IMG/VR virus record: IMGVR_UViG_3300046463_000579
Coordinates: 943 to 64,942 of that record
Source: a virus
Lineage: Duplodnaviria; Caudoviricetes
Length of the DNA stretch: 64,000 nt
Direction: 5' to 3' (one strand)
This document shows, piece after piece, positions 8,980-19,078 of this stretch; position 1 is the stretch's first letter; the number at the start of each line of letters is the position of its first letter. The notes under the pieces are model-generated. The model saw nothing but the letters and a program-made list of their open reading frames with translations. It was not told the DNA's origin and ran no database searches. The translations under genes and the position numbers were made by a program.

Positions 8980-11500
8980 CGCGCGCGCTGCGCGATGATG
9001 TCGTAGGCGCCGCGCAACAGCTCTTGCAGGCGCCGCACTTCGCCCTCGAGCCCGCGCTTATCCCGCACGACCACGGCGAAAACCTCGAGGTGGCCCTCGA
9101 TCGTGGCTGCGGCCTCGAGCAGGCGCTTCGCTGCGGCCGGCGTCGCCTTTTCGGCATCGCGGCGCAGCTCGTCGGCGAGCTGGGCGGTGTGCGCGCGCGT
9201 CTCGCGTTCGTGCTGATCCATCAGAAAAGCGCCCCCTGCGCGAGCTCGAGCTGCGGCTCATCGGCCTTCGGCGCCGGCGCCTCGAGCTGCGGCACCTCGA
9301 CGGCCGCGGCCGGCGCACGGTACACGGTGCCACCCGCCTCGAGGCTCGCGAACAGGCCGCGGATCGCGTCGTACGCGCTCGCGTGCGCCGTGGGCTTCCC
9401 CGGCACGAACCAGCCCGCGTTATGCGGGATATCGTCATTGAACGCGCACCCCAGCTCGCGCGCGAGGGCGCCTAGCGCGGCTTCAGTGCTCTCGAGCAGC
9501 TTGGCCGATGGCGGCGCCGTGAGCACGGGCCTCGAGGCCGCAGCGGGCGCGACGAGCGGCACGGGCACGGCCGCGGCCTCGAGCTCGAAGCCCTCTTCTG
9601 GCGTTCCCGGCCCCTTCGGATCCTTCCAGACCATCACGCGCGCGAAATCCGCCGGATCCGGAAACCAGCGCGTCGATGCCAGGTCGACGATCGCCTTCGT
9701 CTGACGCGTCGGGCACGTGAGCACGTAGCCGGTGAGCTCATATTTGCACCGCTCGATGATGGCCGCGGCCTTCGTTTCGGTTGCCTCGAGCATCACTTCC
9801 CCCTGAAGACCGGCTGCGCGAAGCGATCGCGTGCGGCTGCATTGCGGCAGGCCGGCCCGCAGTACGCCGTGCGGCCCTCGCGCGCCTTGCGCATCTGCGA
9901 ATCGCTGCCGGTGAAGAGCTTGGCGCACCGGGCGCACTTGAGCTGCGCGTTCATGCCTCACCTCGCTCGAGCGCATTACGCTCTGCGAGCCGCGCCTGCT
10001 GCTCGTCGTATGCCTCGCCGGCGTCCTGCCAGCCTTCCGGCGGCAGCTTCGCCATAAACAGGCGATCGGCGTCGGTGATCACCGGCTCGCCCGTGGGCGT
10101 CTCGTCGGCCGGGTTCGCGCGGTGCAGCTCGATCTCGTTGTCGACCGCCACGCGCAGGCTTTGCGTGCCTACGTATTCCCAGCGCTCGTCGAACGCCCAC
10201 TCGAAGCCTTCGGGCTCGCCCTTCGCCGGATCGGCGCCGTGCTGATCGAACCAGTGCGCTTCAATGTGATCGAGCCGCGCGCGCTCTTCGTCGAGCTCGC
10301 GCTTGAGCTGGGCGACGCGATCGCGCTGCGCCTGCTGCCCTGCGAGGAAGCTCGAGATCAGCGCGGACTCGACGGCCTTGCGCGCTTTTGCATCGAAATT
10401 GGGATCGAGGTGAACGTGAACCCCGATCGCCTGCATGTGCTGCTCTACGTCATTACCGGCCGCGTTCCACAGATCGAGCGCCTCGAGCACGGCCGCATGG
10501 CTGTCGCGGTGGCCGGCGCCCAGCAGCAGGCCCGCGGCGAGCGCGAGGCGGGAGGATAGGGGCATAGATTCATTCATGATTGACAAATGTTGACGTAATG
10601 ATGGTTCAGTAACGGGATCCGCAGCCGCACGAGCCCCAGCCGCGGCCGGTGTAGATCACCCCGCTCATGCCGTCCGGGTGCTCGTGCACGTAGTTTTGCG
10701 CCCAGCCGATGCAACCCTGAAGGGACAGGCACAGCAGCGCGATCGCGGCGGCTTTCATGCGTGCGCCGCGTCGATGGTGGCGACCAGATCCGCGCTCACG
10801 CGCGTGCCCGGATCGAGGCGGAATACGAGCACCTGCAACGGCTTGCCTTCGCCGTCTGCGCCCCATTCGAAGTCGGCGCCGATGAAGCGCTCGGCGAGCC
10901 AGCCGAATCTAACGGCCGCGGGCCGGCCGTCCTTGAGCTGCGTCTCGAGCGTGCGGATCCGATCTTGCAGCACGGCCTCGCGATCGAGCGCATCCTGCGC
11001 GCGCACCCAATCGCCGTCGAACTCGCTCACCATATCGATGTGCTGGGGCGACAAGCGCTCGCCGTCAAAATAGAGATCGAACCGCTCGAATTGGAAGCTG
11101 CGGCGGCTCATACCGTGCCTCGCTTCGGCCATGCCTCGACGTGCGGCGCATGGTTCCCCATTGCGAGCGGATCCTGCGGCCGGCGCTCGATCGTGACGAT
11201 CACGCCTCGCTGCTCCCACTTCCGCGCGAACCGCAGCGCCTCAGAAGCCGCTTCGACGGTGCTCTCGCCGGTCGGCGGTGCGGTGTAGGCTTCCTTCAAC
11301 TTCCGAACGTCCGCCCATTCCTGTTCAAGCTGAATGCGCAGTGTGCGGTTATATGCGTCCGCCTCACCCTTGCCGCCATCGGCGCGGGCCTCGGCGAGGA
11401 TCGCGCGCACGCACCCCACGAAATCACCTTTCTCGAAGTCGAAAAATCCCGGCTCTTTCGCCCACTCGCGGCCGATCTCTTCAATACGTTTGTCGTCCAT
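8976..11500 (-). CDS. Leftward operon of coupled hypothetical early genes (8976-9221, 9221-9793, 9793-9954, 9951-10586, 10606-10758 small lipoprotein-like, 10755-11111, 11108-11500)
   Basis: Overlapping start/stop codons; no recognised domains. Confidence 0.5.
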
Positions 11501-11958
11501 CACTTTCCCCCGATAGCGCGCAGGTATTCGGCAAGCTGGGCGCGCTGATAACCGATTCCCTTGCCAGTGGTTTGATAGATATCCGCATCGGGCGAGAGGT
11601 CGCCGATCATGCGGCGCCGGAAGATCGCCGCGTGCATCACGCGCCGGTAATGCTGCCCGCCGGCGAGCATCACGGAGCGCACGCCAGCCGGCCACGGATC
11701 CGCAAAATCGAACCGCGCCACGCTCAACACGTCGCCCATTTCTTCGGCGCGCGCGGGCGTCATGCGCTGCTCATACGGCGCGATCACGCGATGCGCCGGC
11801 ACGAAGCCGTGCAGCGCAGAGAGCACGATCACGGCCGGCTTCTGATCGGGCATGTGCGCGCGCAACGTCTGCCACATCACGCCCTTGTAGAGATCGATCG
11901 CCGGCGCCGGCAGGTGCCCCTTCAGGCCAGAGCAGGCCATGAGAACGAGGTGCGTCAT
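11500..11958 (-). CDS. DUF6884-like (YaaA-related) protein
   Basis: LVLMACSGLK...PAIDLYKG...VLSALHGF...IAPYEQRM...GIGYQRAQL. Confidence 0.65.
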   Translation of the reverse strand: MTHLVLMACSGLKGHLPAPAIDLYKGVMWQTLRAHMPDQKPAVIVLSALHGFVPAHRVIAPYEQRMTPARAEEMGDVLSVARFDFADPWPAGVRSVMLAGGQHYRRVMHAAIFRRRMIGDLSPDADIYQTTGKGIGYQRAQLAEYLRAIGGK

Positions 11959-12170
11959 GCTGCCTTCTGAATGAAACGGCGAATCTCGAGATCCGCCAGC
12001 GGGTTATAGATCTGCGCGTGAACGAAGCGCGGTTTCTTGCGGCCCAGCACCTTCATCCACTCGATGCCGGCCTTTTTCGCGTTCCCGACGCTCGAAGAGC
12101 GCACCCACACGGACGGCCCGCACACGCGGCCGGCGCTCGTGATCGGAAACACCTCGTAGGTCGCGCTCAC
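11955..12170 (-). CDS. Hypothetical protein
   Basis: Coupled ORF at the start of the leftward operon. Confidence 0.5.
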   Translation of the reverse strand: MSATYEVFPITSAGRVCGPSVWVRSSSVGNAKKAGIEWMKVLGRKKPRFVHAQIYNPLADLEIRRFIQKAA

Positions 12171-12284
12171 TCGCCGTCCTCTTCATCAACCGGAAACGGA
12201 TAGGCCGGCGGCTCTTGCGGCCCGCCCTTCGTGTAGCATTCGTTTGCCATCGTTTTCCCCTCGGAATGTGTCATTGCGGAACGG

Positions 12285-12314
12285 ATCATAAGGCGCATAG
12301 CGCGCTCAAGTCAA
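12285..12314 (-). promoter_or_regulatory. Leftward sigma70-like promoter with box A in the spacer
   Basis: Minus strand TTGACT-18nt-TATGAT; GGCGCATAGCGCGC at 12292-12305. Confidence 0.6.
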
Positions 12315-12332
12315 TCAGAAAATGTTACCCCT

Positions 12333-13472
12333 ATGACACTAATTACCAGCATCGGCAGATACAAGCGGTACGCAGTAATCGAGAAGCGGCGGGGCGATGC
12401 AGACGAGCAGGCGAAGCTCGAAGCGCTCGCCGCGAAGCTCGAGCCCGAACTTCAGAAGGCGGTGCTCGCCGCGCTCGAGGCGCAGAAGGGATCGATCGAC
12501 CTGGCGGATCTCGAGCGGGCGCTCGCGTCGGGCGACAAGGAAGCCGTGCTCGAGCTGCTGCACCTCGACGAGTACAAGATCGCCGCCGGCGAGGTGGGCG
12601 CCACTATCACGCGCGGCGCCACGGCCGCGGGCCTCGCCACGGCCGCCGCGCTCATTCAGCCGAAGCTCGGCGAGGTGCGCTTCACCTTCGGCGAGCTCAA
12701 TCCGACGCTCGTGAATCACCTTCAGAACTATCAGCTCAACTTGATCCGCCAGATCAACGAGAAGACGAAGGAAGGCGTGCGGCAGGTGCTCACCGACGCG
12801 ATCATTGCCGGCGAGAACCCCAAGCAGGCCGCGGTCGCGATCAAGCAGATCGTCGGGCTCACCGAAAAGCAGTCGCAAGCGGTGATGAACTTCCGCGCGC
12901 AGCTCGAGAAGATCCACCTCGGCGGCGGCGGCACGTGGGGCATCGGCAACAAGATCGATCGGGTCAACGGCTCGCAGGTGATCCGGCTCGACGAGAACGG
13001 CAACCCGAAGGACGGCATTCTCGGGCGCCGGCTGCGGGATTTCCGCTATGACGGCAAGCTGAAGAGCGCGATCGAGAGCGGCAAGCCGCTCACGCAGGCC
13101 GAAATCGACAAGATGGTCGACGCCTACGCCCGCAAGTATCTGAAGCACCGCTCGCAGGTGATCGCCCGCACCGAAGCCACGCGCACCAACAATATCGGCA
13201 TACAGGACGCGTGGCGGCAGGCGATCGACGGCGGCAAGGTGAGCGCGGAGCTCGTGCGGCGCATGTGGATCGTGGCGAAGGACGAGCGGCTGTGCGAGTG
13301 GTGCGCGCCGGTACCGCGCCAGAACGGCAAGCGGGGCGTGAAGATGGACGAACCCTTCGCGACGCCAATGGGAAAGGTGATGATGCCGCCCCTGCACCCG
13401 CAATGCCGCTGCACGATCTTCATTCAGCTTTTCGAGCCATCGCAACTCGAGGAAGAGGATCAAGCCGCTTGA
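12333..13472 (+). CDS. Phage head morphogenesis/minor capsid protein (MuF, SPP1 gp7 family)
   Basis: RSQVIARTEATRT...WIVAKDERLCEWC...PPLHPQCRC. Confidence 0.9.
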   Translation: MTLITSIGRYKRYAVIEKRRGDADEQAKLEALAAKLEPELQKAVLAALEAQKGSIDLADLERALASGDKEAVLELLHLDEYKIAAGEVGATITRGATAAGLATAAALIQPKLGEVRFTFGELNPTLVNHLQNYQLNLIRQINEKTKEGVRQVLTDAIIAGENPKQAAVAIKQIVGLTEKQSQAVMNFRAQLEKIHLGGGGTWGIGNKIDRVNGSQVIRLDENGNPKDGILGRRLRDFRYDGKLKSAIESGKPLTQAEIDKMVDAYARKYLKHRSQVIARTEATRTNNIGIQDAWRQAIDGGKVSAELVRRMWIVAKDERLCEWCAPVPRQNGKRGVKMDEPFATPMGKVMMPPLHPQCRCTIFIQLFEPSQLEEEDQAA

Positions 13473-13548
13473 TCGAGCGGATCCAGTGCCCTACCATAGC
13501 CTTGATATCACCTGTGACCTCACCGTTTCACCTTCTGAGAGAGTCAAA

Positions 13549-14256
13549 ATGTCAAGGAAAGGGCGGATCTATACGATCGGCAACAGCAAAGGCGGCGTCG
13601 GCAAGTCCACGCTCGCCGTACAGATAGCGCTCGGGCTCGCTGCGCGCGGCCATGCCGTCTGGTTTGTGGACGGCGACGAGCAGGCCAACGGGCTCGATGC
13701 GATGACCGTGCGCGCGAACAACGGGCAAACGCCACCGGATGCGGCCAACTATCACAAGGGGCCGAACCTGCGCGCGCAGGTGAAGCTACAGGCCCACAAG
13801 TACGATTTCACCATCATTGACGCCGGCGGGCGCGATAACGGCGCGCTGCGCGCGGCCCTCACCCTCTCCCATGCGGCGGTCGTGCCCTTCAAGCCCCGCG
13901 GCTTCGATACGTGGGCGCTGCCGAAATTCGACGAGATCATGCGCGATGTGCTCGACGTGCACGAAGAGCTCGAGGTGTATGCGCTGATCAACGAGGCGGA
14001 TTCAGCCGGCCCGGATAACGACGACGCGCTGCGCGCCGTGTGCGCCTTCGAGTACATGCGCCCCCTCGCGCTGCAAATCGGAAGCCGCAAGGTGATCCCC
14101 ACCGCCAGCACGACCGGCCGTTACGTCGACGAGCTGCGCACCAACAAGCCGTCCGTGCTCGCCGCGTGCAAAGAGATCGGCGAGCTTGTAACGATGATCG
14201 AGCATCACCGCTTCGCGGTGCGCCAGATCGAAGCCGTCGAAGACGACGAGGTGTAA
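13549..14256 (+). CDS. parA: ParA-family partition ATPase
   Basis: Deviant Walker A NSKGGVGKST, VDGDEQ, IIDAGG; no N-terminal HTH (type Ib). Confidence 0.9.
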   Translation: MSRKGRIYTIGNSKGGVGKSTLAVQIALGLAARGHAVWFVDGDEQANGLDAMTVRANNGQTPPDAANYHKGPNLRAQVKLQAHKYDFTIIDAGGRDNGALRAALTLSHAAVVPFKPRGFDTWALPKFDEIMRDVLDVHEELEVYALINEADSAGPDNDDALRAVCAFEYMRPLALQIGSRKVIPTASTTGRYVDELRTNKPSVLAACKEIGELVTMIEHHRFAVRQIEAVEDDEV

Positions 14257-14258
14257 TC

Positions 14259-14507
14259 ATGGCAATTCAACGCAAGCCCACGACCAAGCAGGCGCAGGCC
14301 AAAGAGAAAGCCCTCGATCGGATCGTCTCGGAAGCCCCGGACGAGCGCGGCAAGCCAGAGCGCGAGGCAAAAAAGGTAATCAGCCTCACCGTTTTCCCCT
14401 CTGTGATCAAAGCCGTGGATCGAGCTGCGGCACGCCGCGGCATGAGTCGCGCCGCATTTTTCTCGATGGCCGTAACTCGCGCCATTGAGGACGAAGAGAA
14501 CCGTTAA
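14259..14507 (+). CDS. Ribbon-helix-helix partition partner (ParG/CopG-like)
   Basis: KVISLTVFPSVIKAVDRAAARRGMSRAAFFSMAV, directly after parA. Confidence 0.8.
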   Translation: MAIQRKPTTKQAQAKEKALDRIVSEAPDERGKPEREAKKVISLTVFPSVIKAVDRAAARRGMSRAAFFSMAVTRAIEDEENR

Positions 14508-14672
14508 ACTGCTCGCCGGCGCATACAAAGCGCCTCGTTTTGCATAAAGTGCCAACTTGCGCCAAATCGCAAACTGGCACTTTCCCCTTCAGATCCCCCT
14601 CGTTCGCACCCATGCCGAAGACACCCACGAAGCCGCCCGCGCTTCGTGCTTCCCATTGCGACGAGGGGTTCG

Positions 14673-17600
14673 ATGCAGACCAAAAACCTGCCGCTGCTGA
14701 ACGCGCGGCTGCTATTCGAAAAGATCGACAAGGCTATCTCCCGATGGCCCAAGGGCTCGCCGAAAGGCGGGCAATTCGCGCCTAGCGGCGCCGGCAGCGC
14801 GGCCTCGGGCGATCTCTTCGCCCCGCCGGCGCACAGCTCGAGCTCGAGCGGCCCGCACGGCGTGCTGCCCCGCGGCGCGGCCTTCCACGCTCAGAAAGAC
14901 GATCACGGCAATTCTGTCGTCGTGCACGCGCCCACGCCGGCGAGCGCGCCTTCGACCTGGACTCACGCGGGCAAGACGGCCACGTTCGTCCCGGGCGGCA
15001 GCGCCCCGGCAACGCTCAACGGCACGAAGCTCGAGCCGTGGCACGACGCGCCCACTGATCACGCCGGCTGGCGGAAGGTCGAGGGCACGAACCCGGCGCT
15101 CGAGCACGACGCGCCGTTCCTGCCGCACCCGCAGAAGTACACGGCCGCCGGCGTGGTAATCGAGGAACCGGACGGCCGCGTATGGCTCACGAAGCCGACG
15201 AACCATTACGGCGGGTATCAGCACACCTTCCCGAAGGGCACCGCAGAGCCCGGCCTCACGCTTCAGCAGAACGCCATCAAAGAGGCCTACGAGGAAACCG
15301 GCCTGAAGGTGCAGATCACGGGCGTGCTGGGCGACTACGACCGCGACACGAGCCGTGCCCGCGTGTTCACGGCGAAGCGCGTGGGCGGCACCCCGACCGC
15401 GATGGGCTGGGAATCGCAGGCGATGCGGCTCGTTCCGCGCGAGCAGCTCCACGATTACCTGAACAAGCACGTCGACAAGGGCATCGCGAGCGACTACCAG
15501 TGGGAGACGCCCCACCCGGCCGGCAAGGTGAAGAAGAACGCCAAGCAGCCGCGATGGCCGAAGGGCTCGCCGCTGGGCGGCCAGTGGAAGTCGGCCGGCT
15601 CGGACGGCTTCACGGCGCCGCCGAAGATCGGCTCTGCCACGAACCCCACCTACCAGAAGATCGCGGACGGCATGCACAAGGCCGCGCAGGCGGGCGATTG
15701 GAAGCACGTGCAGGAAGCAACCGCGAAGCTCGACGCCAAGGTGGCCGGCCACGCCTCGAAGGACAAGCTCAACTCCCACGACAAATGGGCCGCGCAGGCG
15801 CACCAGTACGGCAAGGAGCTGCTCGCGGAGAAGGAGCACAAGACGAAGGCCGTGGCGAGCGTGCACGCCATCACCGGCCCGGAAAAGCTCTCGACCTGGA
15901 CGAAGGTCGGCGCCAAACCCGGCGGCTCGAGCGACGGCGCGATCTACAAGGATCAGCACGGGCAGAAGTGGCTCGTGAAGAGCTACGGCGACGACGATAT
16001 GGCGAAGAGCGAGGTGCTCGCCTCGCACCTGCTGCACGCCACCGGCGCCGGCGCGGCCGAAATGAAGCTCGTCGATCTCGGCGGCGCCCACAAGGGCGGG
16101 CTCGGCGTGGCGTCCAAGATGCTCGAGGGGCACGAGGCGCTGAACGCCGGCAACCTGATGCACAAGATGGCCGCGCAGAAGGATTTCGCCGCGCACGCAT
16201 GGCTCGCGAACTGGGACGCGATCGGCCTCTCGCACGACAACACGGTGATGCACGGCGGCAAGGCCGTGAACATCGACCCGGGCGGCGCCCTCGATTACAA
16301 GGCGATGGGCGGCAAGAAGGGCGCGCTCTTCGGCACCACGGTCGGCGAGCTGGACACGATGCGCGACGCGAGCATCAACCCCTCGGCGAAATCGATCTAC
16401 GGGCCGATGACGCACAGCGATATGGTGAAGAGCGCAGAAGGCGTGCTCGCGCTGCCGCCGGAAACCATCAAGAAGCTCGTCGACACCTACGGCCCGGGCG
16501 ATGCCACGCACAAGGCCGCGCTCACCGCCAAGCTGCTCGCGCGGCAGCAGGATCTCGCCTCGAAGCTGGGCGCCGCACCTGCGCACAAAACACCTCACCT
16601 TGATAGCGCTCCCGTATCAGCTCACCATACACCTGATATCGCCGCGCACGCGCCGGTGAAGCCGCATATCAACGGCGTGGCGTACGCGTCGGTCGCCGAC
16701 GAGATCGAGGCCGCGCACAAGGCCGGCAACAAGGCGGCCGTCGAGCAGGCGCTCGCGGGCGTTCCGGACAACACCCTGAAGGGCAAGAAGGTGCACGCCT
16801 ACGGCGCAGAAGTGCTCGCGCACCTCGCGGCCAATGGCGGCAAGCCCGCGGCGAAGCCGATGCCGGCCGTCCCTGATGTGAGCAAAGAGACGTGGGGCCA
16901 CACGATCGGTGATGCGCAGGCACACCACGCGAACGACGCGCCGGAAGGCTTGAAGCACCTGCACACGACGATGGGCGGCATGAAGAGCCCCGCAAGCCAG
17001 AAGGTGAAGGCCTACGTCTCGGCGCTGCACGAACATCTCACCGGCAAGGCGCTCGAGGCGCCCGCGCCGGCCGCAGAGCCCGCGAAGCCGCTGCGCGCGC
17101 CGAAAGCCGCTGAAGCGCACGTCGCCGTCGCCACGGCGCACGCCGCGCAGGCCGCGACGCCGATCGCGCTGCCGGCCAAGCCGACGAAGCTCTCGAGCGC
17201 GGCGAACCCGAATCACGGCCTGATCAAAAAGGTCGACGCCATGCACGCGCACGCGGAAGCGTTCGCGGCCGGCTCGATCCCGAAAGACGTGGCACTGGCG
17301 GCGATCGCATCGCACACCTTCGGCAGCAACACCTTCGGCAAGACGGCCGCGAAGCATCAAGCCAACTTGATCGCGGCGATCGCCTCGAGCACGAAGGAGC
17401 ACGTCGCAGAGCAGGCGAAGGCCCACGCGGACGCCGTGCAGGCGCACGCAGCAGCGGCCAAGCCGGCGAAGAAAGAGCCGAAATTCGACCCGGCCAAGCT
17501 CTCGACCCCGCCGAACTTTATGTCGTGGGGCGCCACCGGCAAGCCCGGCCCCAGCTCGAAGCAGGCGATCAACGAGGCGAACGCGTACGCCGTGGGCCAG

Positions 17601-18533
17601 ATCCACGAGGCGGCGAAGACTGGCAAGCCCGAAGCGATCGACGCGGTGAAGCTGCCGGTCGTGGCCGACGCAGCCGGCACCGTGAAGCACGTGAGCCCCA
17701 GCGAGCACCCCTCGCAGCACGTGAAGGGCTTCGCGCAGCAGATGAAGAACGAGATCGACGCGCAGCTCAACCCGCCCAAGAAATTCCGCCTCGCCGAAGG
17801 GCACCCGCTGCATGCGCTCGACGCGATGTTCCCGGCACACAAGGGCGCAACGAGCGGCGCCGGCGTAAAGAACGTCGCCAAGTACATCGAGCTCGGCGCC
17901 CCGGGCGCGCTGCACAAGCCCCTCGATCTGCCGAAAATCACCTTCAAGGGCAAGAAGCTCACCACTTCGACATACGCGAAGACCGCGCAGACGGGTTTCG
18001 CGAAGCTGGGCGCCACCCAGCAACAGGCGGTGCAGTCCTATACCGGCTCGGGCTATCACGAGATGAATAGCTCGCTCTGGAAGGGCGCCCCGAACGAGCA
18101 AGCAAAGGCGGCGAACTCGGCGATCCACACGATTGGCCACGAGATCGCCCCGGGCACGATCCTCTCGCGGAAGATCTCGATCAGCGGATCGGACCTCGAG
18201 CAGGTGCTCGCCAGCACGGGCAAAGTGATTCAGGAACCCGCTATCATGTCCACATCGATTAGCCCCGATGTGTGGAGCGGTAACGTTCACCTGAAAATGA
18301 CGGTCGGCCCGGGCGTGAAAGGCCTGTACGTTGGCCAAGGTTCGAACCCGACCGGCGGCTCGATCTCGCACTTCAGCAACGAGAAAGAGATCCTGCTGCC
18401 GGCGAACACCCGCCTGCACGTTCAGAAGGTGGAGACGAATCACGGCACGCCGGATGCAGACGGCTTCGGTAACGGCCTCTCGCATATCGTGCACGTGATC
18501 GTGCTGCCGACCCACGCGAGCGATAAGGAGTAA
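14673..18533 (+). CDS. Polyvalent protein: NUDIX hydrolase + HipA/PI-kinase-like domain + helical repeats + C-terminal ADP-ribosyltransferase
   Basis: Nudix box GTAEPGLTLQQNAIKEAYEETGL; kinase-like GGSSDGAIY..KWLVK..EVLA..WLANWD..DN..IDPGG; ART YTGSGY.EMN.SL, R, STS, EKE. Confidence 0.8.
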   Translation: MQTKNLPLLNARLLFEKIDKAISRWPKGSPKGGQFAPSGAGSAASGDLFAPPAHSSSSSGPHGVLPRGAAFHAQKDDHGNSVVVHAPTPASAPSTWTHAGKTATFVPGGSAPATLNGTKLEPWHDAPTDHAGWRKVEGTNPALEHDAPFLPHPQKYTAAGVVIEEPDGRVWLTKPTNHYGGYQHTFPKGTAEPGLTLQQNAIKEAYEETGLKVQITGVLGDYDRDTSRARVFTAKRVGGTPTAMGWESQAMRLVPREQLHDYLNKHVDKGIASDYQWETPHPAGKVKKNAKQPRWPKGSPLGGQWKSAGSDGFTAPPKIGSATNPTYQKIADGMHKAAQAGDWKHVQEATAKLDAKVAGHASKDKLNSHDKWAAQAHQYGKELLAEKEHKTKAVASVHAITGPEKLSTWTKVGAKPGGSSDGAIYKDQHGQKWLVKSYGDDDMAKSEVLASHLLHATGAGAAEMKLVDLGGAHKGGLGVASKMLEGHEALNAGNLMHKMAAQKDFAAHAWLANWDAIGLSHDNTVMHGGKAVNIDPGGALDYKAMGGKKGALFGTTVGELDTMRDASINPSAKSIYGPMTHSDMVKSAEGVLALPPETIKKLVDTYGPGDATHKAALTAKLLARQQDLASKLGAAPAHKTPHLDSAPVSAHHTPDIAAHAPVKPHINGVAYASVADEIEAAHKAGNKAAVEQALAGVPDNTLKGKKVHAYGAEVLAHLAANGGKPAAKPMPAVPDVSKETWGHTIGDAQAHHANDAPEGLKHLHTTMGGMKSPASQKVKAYVSALHEHLTGKALEAPAPAAEPAKPLRAPKAAEAHVAVATAHAAQAATPIALPAKPTKLSSAANPNHGLIKKVDAMHAHAEAFAAGSIPKDVALAAIASHTFGSNTFGKTAAKHQANLIAAIASSTKEHVAEQAKAHADAVQAHAAAAKPAKKEPKFDPAKLSTPPNFMSWGATGKPGPSSKQAINEANAYAVGQIHEAAKTGKPEAIDAVKLPVVADAAGTVKHVSPSEHPSQHVKGFAQQMKNEIDAQLNPPKKFRLAEGHPLHALDAMFPAHKGATSGAGVKNVAKYIELGAPGALHKPLDLPKITFKGKKLTTSTYAKTAQTGFAKLGATQQQAVQSYTGSGYHEMNSSLWKGAPNEQAKAANSAIHTIGHEIAPGTILSRKISISGSDLEQVLASTGKVIQEPAIMSTSISPDVWSGNVHLKMTVGPGVKGLYVGQGSNPTGGSISHFSNEKEILLPANTRLHVQKVETNHGTPDADGFGNGLSHIVHVIVLPTHASDKE

Positions 18534-18538
18534 AGCGC

Positions 18539-19078
18539 ATGGCTTTCCAGATGGACACCACAACGAAAGCGGGATCGTCCGGCTTTCATATCGCGATGGA
18601 CAAGGTCAACGGCCAAAAGCCGTACCTTGGCGATCCGGAAGTGATCGGCGCGCTCGTGCGCCAGGTCGTCTCGCAGACAGCGCAGCGCATCGGCCAGGTC
18701 GCCGATGGCCAGCTCGAGCAGAACGTCGCGGCCGACGCGAACCGGGACGATGTGCTCGCGCTGGCGGCAGTGCTCTGCGGCGAGAATGATGCCTTCGAGA
18801 CGGTCGGCGATTGGAACCCGCACGGGCTCGCGATCGCCGTGCGCCAGAATCTCGCGCCCTCGCTCGATGCAGAAGCCGCGGCCGACGATACGGACGCGGT
18901 GCAGCAGGCGTGCGCCGTTCTCATGCTCGAGGTGTATGAGGTGATCGGCACGCTCATGCAGGACGGCAATCAGGAAGCCGCGACCGACGCGCTCGAGGGC
19001 GTGATCGGCGATTTCACAAACCTATTCGCAGGCCTGCCGGTGGACGGCGATCTGCAAGAACAAGAGGACGCGCCGTGA
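18539..19078 (+). CDS. Acidic hypothetical protein (immunity-like, paralog 1)
   Basis: Immediately follows the ART; shares C-terminal pattern with the next gene. Confidence 0.6.
   Translation: MAFQMDTTTKAGSSGFHIAMDKVNGQKPYLGDPEVIGALVRQVVSQTAQRIGQVADGQLEQNVAADANRDDVLALAAVLCGENDAFETVGDWNPHGLAIAVRQNLAPSLDAEAAADDTDAVQQACAVLMLEVYEVIGTLMQDGNQEAATDALEGVIGDFTNLFAGLPVDGDLQEQEDAP

Noticed and set aside
11500-11958. DUF6884-like gene as part of a 7-deazaguanine DNA modification cluster
   Set aside because: No dpdA/queC/queD/folE genes recognised in the window
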